From positions 1 to 52,777 of the IMG/VR virus record IMGVR_UViG_3300033273_000162: a stretch of 52,777 nucleotides of DNA; one strand, 5' to 3'. The notes beneath the pieces were generated by a model that saw nothing but the letters and a program-made list of their open reading frames with translations, searched no databases and was not told where the DNA came from. Source of the stretch: a virus (Duplodnaviria; Caudoviricetes). Made by a program: the position numbers and the translations under genes. Positions 35,862 to 46,700 of the stretch are shown piece after piece. Position 1 is the first letter of the stretch. Each line of letters begins with the position of its first letter.

Positions 35862-37682
35862 TCAGAACTCGATTACAAGCTTGATATCTTCGATTTGGTC
35901 AGGAGCGCGAGTGATGAGACGACGGTTCTCAATATAGATTACTTCACCAGAGTTATTTTCGATTTCTGGATTAGCAAGACCAGCAGTAAATGTCGAACCA
36001 AGAAGTGTCGAAGCGTATGCAACGTCACATAGACCTGCTGCAGCAGAAGACTCTCCGCTGATTGCGTTAGAACCACTGCTCTCGAATGCTCTTACAACAC
36101 CCTGATCAGTGTGTGCATCATTTGTCTGGATGTACTTAAGAACACCAGATGTAGTAGAACCACTGTCAAGAGTCCAAGAAACAACAGTTCCTTTTGCAGT
36201 ACCACCAGTTACGGTTTGGGTGATGGTTTCATCTACAGAGTAATCTGCAGAACCACCATTCAGATTAACTTTAATTGCCTTGAGACCAGAAAGAGTGTCT
36301 GCGGTGGAGAATGTTGTGGTTCCCCAATCATATGGATCAGCAATAATACCAATACGACGGAAATCGTTATCTACAGGGAAGTCACCAGAACCTTCTGCAT
36401 AGGTTAGGCGAATGTTTGTCATTACGCGCTTACCATTTAGTTCTTCTTCGTGATCAGAACCATGACCACCCTCTGGAGGTAGAACAATCTCAATTGCTCC
36501 AGTAGCACCAGATGCAGTGGTAACACCTGTGCTCAAAGAACTATCAGAGAACAAGTTACCATTACCAAGGAGAACGTTAGCATAAGTATAACCCGATCCA
36601 CGAGACTGAATGCTTGCAGAAGTGATTGTACCAGAACCATTTGTTACTAGTTGTACAACACCGCCTGTTCCATCACCTTTAATTCCAGTATAAAGAGTTT
36701 GGGAAGCAGGGAGACCTGCACCAGCATCTTCAATTAGAGCAACATCACATGCACCAGCAACTGCTGCTGCTACTACATTAGTTCTGGTTTGGTTGCTTGG
36801 AAGAACAATTGGCATGAAGTCCGAAGAAAGGAACTTCAGAACATCATCGGTTGGGATGGTGTACATATATTTCCAAATGTAACCAGCGCCAGTTGATTCA
36901 GTGTAGAGACCAGTACCAGCATCGTAGTTAGCACCACCAACACTTGGTTCTTCGGTTGCGTTTTGACCAGTGCTGTTAGAAGGATCTTCGCCATTGTAGA
37001 GGCACTTGAAGACTTCATACTGAGAGTTCATTACATAGAACTTAGCATCAGCAATAGTGGTTGCACCTGTTGCGGTTTGCTTACCGATCTGACCGCCGCC
37101 ACCAGGGGTAGCAGAGTAATCAGGTTTCCACATGTCAAACTTAGGATTAGCAACTAGGTTCCAGTTGTAACGGCGGATGACGGTTCTTGCGTATGCACTA
37201 GTGATACGCTTTGCTGCGATTAGTTCGTCATAGAGAGAAATCTTTTCTCTTTGGTTATCAATTGGAATAGGGGGAATATCCTCAGTTGCATAACGATAAA
37301 CGCCAGACTTAGCAGTAGCACCTGTGTCGGATCCACCAGAACCACCAGTGCGGCACTTAAGATCGGTTCCTAGAGCAGGAGCAGAATTAACACCATTGCT
37401 GCCAAAAACGTCGGTCAGGAGGAGGGCACTATCATAAACAGCAGCAATCGTGGCGCGGAAAGCAGTGGAACCATATGTTCCCACATATACTTCATTGCCA
37501 ACTGTAAATGCGGTAGAACCTTTAGAATAGATTTCTAGGTATGCTCTCCAAGGTTGTGGACGACCCACAAAGAAGTACATTCTAGAACGCTCTGCACTGG
37601 TGTCAGTTGCACCTTCCGTTAGAGACTCTAGGAATTGTTTCGCGTTAAAAATACGAAACTTATCAGAAATAATAGCAGCCAT
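35862..37682 (-). CDS. gp8: Baseplate wedge subunit gp8
   Basis: MAAIISDKFRIFNAKQF, FYVMNSQYEVFKCLYN, GYIWKYMYTIP, DFRRIGII.DP, SGEVIYIENR...QIEDIKLVIEF; follows gp7. Confidence 0.93.
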   Translation of the reverse strand: MAAIISDKFRIFNAKQFLESLTEGATDTSAERSRMYFFVGRPQPWRAYLEIYSKGSTAFTVGNEVYVGTYGSTAFRATIAAVYDSALLLTDVFGSNGVNSAPALGTDLKCRTGGSGGSDTGATAKSGVYRYATEDIPPIPIDNQREKISLYDELIAAKRITSAYARTVIRRYNWNLVANPKFDMWKPDYSATPGGGGQIGKQTATGATTIADAKFYVMNSQYEVFKCLYNGEDPSNSTGQNATEEPSVGGANYDAGTGLYTESTGAGYIWKYMYTIPTDDVLKFLSSDFMPIVLPSNQTRTNVVAAAVAGACDVALIEDAGAGLPASQTLYTGIKGDGTGGVVQLVTNGSGTITSASIQSRGSGYTYANVLLGNGNLFSDSSLSTGVTTASGATGAIEIVLPPEGGHGSDHEEELNGKRVMTNIRLTYAEGSGDFPVDNDFRRIGIIADPYDWGTTTFSTADTLSGLKAIKVNLNGGSADYSVDETITQTVTGGTAKGTVVSWTLDSGSTTSGVLKYIQTNDAHTDQGVVRAFESSGSNAISGESSAAAGLCDVAYASTLLGSTFTAGLANPEIENNSGEVIYIENRRLITRAPDQIEDIKLVIEF

Positions 37683-37719
37683 GGGTTTCTTTGTCCGACG
37701 TTGTAATTTGTGCCTGAGT

Positions 37720-37743
37720 TATTTATATTTATAGCAATATTTA
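37720..37743 (-). promoter_or_regulatory. Cluster of late promoter motifs upstream of gp8
   Basis: TATAAATA at 37720-37727 and 37726-37733 (overlapping), plus TAAATA at 37738-37743. Confidence 0.8.
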
Positions 37744-40700
37744 GGTAGTTACGAATGGAACGATCTCGTCTCCACTCGAAATAGTGGTTGGACCACTAAC
37801 ATGTGTGCAACCAGTAAATGTAGTTGTATTTTTGCCAGTATAAGAAATTAGAGAACCAGCACTGGTAAATAGATGTCCCGAAGTTGGGAAGTGTGTGGTA
37901 TTCTGAACAATAACATCTGTACCAATAGTTCCAGAAGAAGAACTTATGGTAACTGGATTCTGGATAGATGGATTGACAAGAGTAAATTTCTCTCCAGATA
38001 ATAAGTAACTCGAATGATCTCTCTCAGTAAAATCTCCCAACGTTAGTGATGGGAAATACATTTCAACATCAGCAAGAGTATAAGAAGATACATCTGCTGT
38101 GCCAGCATCAAATCCAATATCAAATGTGCCAATAGTAGAACCGACACAACCAATGTACAATGCACTGGAGAAGTATTCAAAAGTTACTCCAAAGAGGGAG
38201 TTCCTTGCGGTAATAACTGTTCCATCACGCTTTGTGATATCTAGATCGATAAGATCAACTTCACCTGCTCTAGTTGGAATAGGATCAACGATATAAATTG
38301 ATTCGGAGTAGTAATCGACAACACCACTGTTAGGTGGAATGAATACAACTTCAGGAATTACTTCAGGACTGATGCTAACTTCTGGAGTTGTAATTTGTCT
38401 TTGTACATCTCTTTCAAATCCACCTGCGCTAGCTGAGGCAGATACCATTCTAACATCACTTTCAGATTCGACGGATACAACACCAACAGTTGCAACAGCG
38501 ATCTCTGGAATTTGCCTCAAGAAGGTTCCAGCACCCCAGAACTGAGGTGTTGTTCCATCTACACCTCTGAGTATGTTGAGGAATCTATCCGAAAGTTTTC
38601 TGTTATATTCTACAACTTCATTACCAATCAATAGACGACCAGCGCGATCAAACTTAGTGGTATCTGGAATATATGCAATAGTATCGTTTGCAGCAAAATC
38701 AAGATCCAAGTATGCACCAGTCTCAAAGAAGTTGATATTAGATAGTGCATCATTTGGAATCAAGTTCTGAACTGTTGTAGTAATTGCTTTACTTACAGTA
38801 GAAATAGAATTCAGAGATACAATATCTTGTAATTGAGCACTAACAACTATTGGTTCTTCTGATACTGTTCCAACTAAAACTTCATCTGCAAATAATTCTG
38901 TCGATAAGAAGAATTCATCTTTGACATCTTCAATAGTATTTTCTTGTTCAATTTGAATCTCTGCAGTTATTTGACGATCTGTATTAATAAATTCAGTAAT
39001 AATTTGAGCTTCGCTAGCAATAGTTGGTGTTAGACCAGAATTACCAATAGCGTCGATAGTAGAACTTACTTGCATATTAAATGCATCTTCAACCGTTGGA
39101 TTGACACTAACATTGATTAGAGATACACCAATATCTCTTTCAGTTAGAATATTGTATCTTCTAGCAACAATTACTTGTGGTGCTTGAGTATAACCAGAAC
39201 CACCATCAATTAGATCAACACTGATTACTTGTCCTTTGCTGACTAGTACATTTGCTCTAGCACCGCCACCATTTCCATCTTTTGGTACAAAATTGAGAAC
39301 AGGTGGTGTATAATATTGGTATGCTGTTGGTTGTGTAATTGGTTCATAACTACGCTGGTTCCAAGTTAAAGAAACAACAGAACCATTTTCAATATTAGCA
39401 ACAACCGCTAGTCCTTCACCTCTAGTAATTCCAACATAAGACTCAACAGAGACAGTACCAAAAACGTCATCAGTTAGTTGCTCACCAATTCTTCCATCTT
39501 TACTTGTAGTTTCTCCAGGTAGTTGTTTGATACTTCTAAACGTATCTTCACCATCTACACGAATTTTGTCTCCATTTGCAATAGGAACAAAAGAATTCTT
39601 GAATGTTCTTCCAAAGAATGTTCCTCTCCAAATAGCATCATCTGCTCTGAGAAGCTTTCTTCCTAAATCATCCTCACTAAATGTAAGTGTTTGATTAGAA
39701 ATGTCAGCATCTGTAATTACAAACGTTCTGTCGTAATATCCAACAGGAGCGAATGTAAAGTCAAGACCAGATTCAAACTCTGGATTATGCCCTCTCAATC
39801 GGAAACTAATAGAATTACCATTGACTACAGGTGCAATTATTTCACCAATAACATTACGAGTTCCATCACCTCTATTCTGCCAAACATGGATTGGCAAACC
39901 AACTGCGTCGCCCATCCAATCATACTTAAGTAAATCTGATATTCTGGTTGATTCAAAATCAAATGTTCCTTGTGAATAGTAAGTATCAGGAGCAAAATCA
40001 TAAATGTTTAGAATTTGTCCAACATCTCTACCATAGAGGTATCTGATGTCAATCTTCATTTCTTTCTGAATAGGAACATTAAATGAAATGTTCGGACCAG
40101 AAACTGTATAAGAGAATTCTTTACGTTGAAGAACACCATCTAGGAAAACATATAAGCAATCTTCTTGCTCAATATTTTGTACAGTAAAGTCTTCTACATC
40201 TAGAATCAGGAAAGGACCATTTCTAACACCATCTACTAGATTGTAGTCAATGGTCAATCTCTTGTAGTTTCCAACACCAATACCGACAACCTTTTCTACT
40301 GCGGTTGGTTCTCCAATAGTTTTAGCACCAAGATCCTGGTCCCAAATAGGAGCAACATCAAATTTAATCTTGTTTGGAATTACAGTTCTGTCAATCCAAT
40401 AAGAATCTTCTAATGGATAATTTTCTGTGAATTTTGGTTTTTGTAGAACAGCATTAATAGTCAAGAAGAGATCTTCATCCTCTTCTGTATTAACTGAACT
40501 ATTATCATCCCAGTATAATTCAAACTCTTTAGTCTCACCATCAATATAATCTGGTAAAGATCTGGTAACAGACTCTTCTAGTAATACGTCATTCAAGTTA
40601 TCATATAGAGAATCCATTGCAGAAACAACAGTATTACACTCTTGCGCTGGAAGTAGAGGATCACCAATAATATTGTAGTTGGAGTATGTTAGATCAGATG

Positions 40701-43700
40701 CCCAGTTTCCAGATTTATTTGGATTTTGCTGAGTCTTTTCTACAAGTCCTCTGCCTTCAGTTAGAATAGTATCTACAATATCATGATAGGTGTTGAGAGC
40801 ACTTTCTACCTCAGCACAAACTGGAGTAACGGAATCTACAAGAACATTTGGATCTGTTGTTGGCAATTGATTCTTCATTGCCTGAATCATTAGATTCTTG
40901 GCGTATTCAAATGTAGCAACAGTTTCTGTTAGTTGATCAGAGATGTAGTATAGTTGCTCTCCATATGGATACTCATTCTTTCTATAATAAAGTTGAGCGG
41001 CAGTAACGATTTTTTCATTGCCACCAAACTTAAGATGATAAACATATGCATCAATGATATGTCCAATATCTCTACCACACTTAGTAGAAAGAGAACCCCA
41101 ATTCAGAGAAGGATATTGTCCTTGTGCCCAAGTCAAAGACTGAGAAATGATATATTCTCTATTTGCTACAATGAGATTAGCAGCATCGTAGAATGTACCA
41201 TTATTAACACCACTCCAAGAGAATGTTGCTTGGTCAGTTCCAGAGAAACTGACAGGAACTGTAACCGTGACTCCAGGAGGAACATCGAAAGTGTCTCCTA
41301 CTGGAACTTGACCAGTAGTTGTAGCAATTGTTCCGTCACTTGCACTTCCAGTAAGAGTAGTAGTTCCTACAGCAGCTCCACCGCCACCACCAGAGTTTGC
41401 TAATGCAACATTGCTTACTGTAACTTTAGTATCACTATCGATAGATACAATCTTGGTTCCAGATGGATAAGATCTACCAGAACTTACAAACATGCCAATT
41501 GCAAGATTGTCAGTGCTTGTAACTGTTATCTCATTAGAACCTTGTAGATAATTAACAGAAACATCAGTAAAGTCCCAATTTCTAATTGCAAGTTTTGCCA
41601 GTCTGGTAGCATAAGAGAAAATACCACTAGACTCTGTTCTATTGTTTTGAATGTAAAGATAATCGCTACTCTGGTTAAAGATAGATGTGTAGTCAATAGT
41701 TTTTACATTACCACCAAATCTAATGTCATGCTGATATGCATCTAGGACAAATCTTATGTTTTCTTCGTAATCATCTTGCTTTGTGCTCCAATCCAAAGAT
41801 GGATATGTTGCTTTGGCATAACCAATAGTTTCGTTAATAATAAAGTCAATATTTCTTTCAATTTGATTTGCAGCATCAATCCAGACACCATTGCGTTGGA
41901 AAATATTTCTTAGTTTTCTTAGGTGTTTTGTATTGTATTGTGAGTCTTTAAACTGGAATACTTTACCATAGAAAGTAACACCTTTATACGATGTTGTTTC
42001 ACCACCATCACCAGTCAATTTAGTTCCTGGTCCTAGTGGAGGGGCAGAGAAAATAATTTGATCTCCAGAAATAGTATAAGCAACATCTGGTTCTTGCAGA
42101 ACTCCATCGAGTGTTACAATCAAACCTTTAGAATCTGCTGGGAAGAAAGGAACTCCTTGATCATTAATAATCTGGAAAGATGTGGTTCCTTGGAGTCTTC
42201 CATCAGTATCGTAGTATCCATCAAATGGAGCACCTAGAGTAAATTCAAATGCTCTTACTTCATTGAATAAAAATTCACTGGTAGCAGCAGAACCTCTTCC
42301 TCCACGAACTCTCTGACTCTCTACAGTCTGAATTGTTTGTGTAGTTACTTGTTTTGTGCTTTCAATTGTAATTTTGTTCTTATTTGGATCCCAAAGTTGT
42401 ACAACACTAAAGTGCTGCGTTCTGGGAGCAGCTGCTGGCATTTCAGTATCAGCAGTAGCTTCTACATCTACTTGACCAAATAGTTTAAAACCAGCTGGGT
42501 GAGTTGTTGATTTAATCAACTCCCTCCACTGATCAATTGGAGTCTTAGATTTTACAACGTAAGAATAGTCTTGATAGAAATCACTATCAATCATCTTCTG
42601 GTTAGATACTCCCAAACGTCCTCTGTCGGAAGTGTAATAACCTAGGTTATCATAGAAACTAGTAATCTGCTCTGTAAATGTGCTAGTATATACTGCTGTT
42701 ACAATTCCAGAAATTGGGTTCAATAGAGATTCAATAGCAACATTCTCACGAACAATGCCCTGAATGTCTTTTAGTTTTAATAGTCTGGAACCAAACCTCC
42801 ATTCAGTAACTTTTGCTCTGAATACTTCTACACCATTAACTCTCTGAACTACTGTTTCCCCTCTGCTGAAGTTTCCAGTATAATCCTTAAGGGAAACAAC
42901 ATAATTTGAAGAGAATGTAGAGGATACAGTTTTGTCTAGATGGAATGCACCACCATTAGATACAAAACTGACACTTTGTGGAATACCAATAGTAGAACTA
43001 TCAGCAAACGCTTCAATGTCACTTTCAACAATTTCGATTGTTGGTGCTTTAGTATATCCTCTTCCAGGAGATCCAACTGTTAATGAGAAAATTTCTCCAT
43101 TACGTACAACAACATTAAATGTTGCATCAACACCATCTCCTTCAGTAATGATAACCTTAGGATTGACGTAACTAGATCCTTTATCAGTTACAGTGACACC
43201 AGAAATAGTTTGAGAAGCGATATCAAACAAGACAGTTGCTTTTGCTCTGGAATCGGTATTAATATCTGCACCAACAATTGTTGGCACTTTTTTGTAGTTT
43301 AGTCCTAGATTAATAATACTTACATCGTTAATCTCACCAACTGCAAATTGACCAGTTGTTGTGTATGTAATGGTTCCAGAACCATCCCATAATGGTTCGC
43401 TGGGAATATCATAGACAAAACGGTTTGACGTGACATAATTCAACGTCTTGACACCCTGCAAAGGATCTGTTACAATCTTAAAGTATGCACCTTCAGAATT
43501 AACAACATTCTTCTTATCGAAATAATAGAAGTTTGTAAAGTCAGTTCCTCTCTTTGTTTGGTAATTGTTATCTGCTAGTCTAGACCCAAATCCAAACTTA
43601 ACATCAGTAAATGCCCCAGAATTACCAGGGAGAATCGTCGATTCAGTTTTTTCTGCTGTAATTAGATTGTAGTTCTTACTTGGACTGATATCAAAGTAAG

Positions 43701-46700
43701 TTCCAGTGAGACTAGAGTGAGACGTGTCAAAGACATACTTATAGTATTCTTGAAGATCAATATTTGGATTAGGTGTAAATGTAACACCATCTTCAGAAAA
43801 TTCAAACTTGTAAATTAAATCTTCTGCTGAGTTGATAAAAACTAGTCTTTGTGGATTGCTTCCATCAAAGAAAGTCGAACTTAATGTTAATTTGTTCGCA
43901 TTTGTAGTAAGAGTTGCATAATCATAAACAACTACAATTTCTTGTGTGTCTCTATTGTAAGACTGAATATAACCAGAATTATTTCCAGTAAAGATTTGAT
44001 AGTTTGCTGTAAAGTTAAATGTTGGTTTGTATAAAGATACAGTTTGACCATCAAAGTGATCTACAGCGGTAGTTCCTTCTCTTCCAGTAAGAACAGATAG
44101 AGCACTGTCATTAATACCAGTAATCTCTAAAACTTCCTTTCCTACAGTGATTAAGTCACCAGCAGCAAACTTAGTTGCATCATCAACAATTAGTTGTGCA
44201 GTTCCTGCAGCAAATCCAACGTGATCAATGTACAATACCAAACGCATGGTGCTTTGAGAAGCGCCAGATCTTTCTAGACTCTCATCATCAACGCCTAAGT
44301 AATCTGCTTTTCTATATCCAGATCCTCTTGTTTGGAGTTGAATGTTGGAAACAACGCCAGCATCAGAGACAGTTACAATAGCAGTTGCACCAGAACCACT
44401 ACCACCAGTCAATGGAACATTGTTATAAGTTCCAGGTGTATAGTCGGCACCACCATTTAGAATTTCAAATCTACCAAGACCAGTGTCATTGATTGTAGTA
44501 TTTGACTTGGGTGGAATTAAAGTTGCTTTTTGATATAATCTCTTTCTGAGATAATATGTCTTTGTCTTAGTTGTATCATTTGGATTGATGTCAATCGTTA
44601 CTTTGTCACCAATACCAAGACCATGAGCATCAGCAGTTTCGATTAGAGCAACACTTTGATTTACCTCAAATGGTTCCAGACCATCACTGAGAGAAGTAAG
44701 TTTTACAATCTTAGTTCCTGATGTATTGAATAAATCATCCGACTGAATAAAGTAGTCTTCATTGACAACCCAAGTTCCAGTCAAAACTTTGATTTGTACA
44801 GTGTTCTGTGACGCAGTTCCTTCTAGTACCTCTGCTGTTGCAACAGGAGCATTGACTCCATCAGTCAAGCTAAGAGTCGCACCTTTTGTATAAGAACTTC
44901 TTTGGTCTAAAAGAACAGTGAAGGTCTTAATGCTGGCAGAGAAAGTTCCTGTCTGATCAAACGTTCCATTGACATTTTTAAGAACAATGGTATTGTCATT
45001 CCTTACAGTACCAACAATAGAACCAAACGCACCAGAAGATGGTTGGTTGAGTGTATCATCAGCAAATAGATATGCACTTTGAATAGTTGTTAGTTTAACA
45101 ACTTTATCTTCTTTCGACTCTAAGTAACTTACAGATTTGCCTTTGACAGAAGAAATGATTGCTTCTACTTCAGATCCTTCAGTTCCTTGGTTGTTGAAGT
45201 ATAGTTGGGAATTGACGGAGAAGTTAGCAGAAGATCTTCTGACATCAATTGCATCTACTGTTCCAGATCTTACTTCATTGATAGTAGCAATAACGTTGTC
45301 ACCATTGCCCTGCATTCCAGGAAGAAAATACTTCTTGGAGTTCTTTGGTACATCATCTTGATTGATATCAGAATTGTAGTTGCTATCAACAGGAAGAGAA
45401 TAATAGTTCTCTCCTAGAATGTATGGGTATTGCGGTACTTGGTTGCTATCAATAGTAAGGAAATAAGCATAAGTTCCTTTCGGGAAGTCTGGGGTAATGC
45501 AAAATCTTCCATTGTTCTCGTCTAACGTTCCGCTCTTATGGGTATAAGTGTAATCGTTATTAAAAGATCCTAGTGGATATTGTGTAATCGATGGACCTTC
45601 TTTACGGGTTCCATTTAAAGTATATCCAGAAGTCATCCTAACAATAGGAGACTGTGCATCTAATGGGTCTTGATGGGCAAAAGGACCATAGATTGGATTG
45701 CCATCATAAGCAAAACCAATGATAGGTGAATGAGTTTTCGTCGCAGGTTCTGTTCCTGCATTATTCAAGTTATCATTGAGCTCAATACGCAAAGACTTGG
45801 GATTACCAACATGACCATAACCATATTCTAATGCATTGTTATAGTTTTGAAAAATGTATCCATACTCAGTGTCTAGATCATTTTCCAATCTCTTGAATCT
45901 GTTGAAGTTCCATTCTTTTAGTAATGGAATACCAGTTGCATCTTCGCCAACTGGAATGATATCAACAACTACAGTATTTTGATTATAGAAGTTACCTTCA
46001 TCGATCTTTTCAAATCCAGTGATCTTACCATCAGTATTGACAGTAGCATTGTATGTTGCAAATCTTCCTCTTCCTGCACTATCTCTAATTCTTACAATAG
46101 GTGGGGAAGAGTAGTATTCACCAGGATTATCAATAATCAAACTGGTTACTTTACCACCAGTTACTACAGCACGAACTTCTGCATCTCTACCAGAAGTAAT
46201 TGTAATCTCTGGAGTTTTGGGGAAAATGTCTTGAGTATCTACGATAATGCGCTCAACGACCTGACCAGACAATACTGCTCTTGCTTTGTTTGGTACTTGA
46301 TCAATTAGTACGAAGGGTGGTTTAGCATATCCTCTGCCCTGAGTATCAATTTTGATTTCTTCTAACTTACCATAACGAACACTGCTATGATCTTTGTAAC
46401 CATAGATGGGAACACCGTTTAGAAGAATCCCAACGTCTCTTCTTGGTGTTTTATAAACTTCGGTAGTTCTGGTTGCTTTCTGTCTGATAATACGAAGAAT
46501 CTTCTGATCAAGTAATTCTTCATTTACAGTAGATCCATCTAGAATTCTATAAGATGGGAAACTAGAACTTGTGATATAATAGTATTGATCGTCTGCAAAG
46601 ATGGACGACACATTAGTCGTTACTTGAGAAAGCGACGATTGAATAGTTGGGAATGTTGGGATAACAGGAGCAACACCCTGATTAGTAATCCATCTAGACT

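Noticed and set aside
14700-46330. Recurrent I.N.GSGYT.AP.V.I..G.GA.A repeats in gp7, gp8, the VrlC-like protein and both fibres
   Set aside because: Real, but a commonplace structural repeat in cyanophage virion proteins; not treated as novel.
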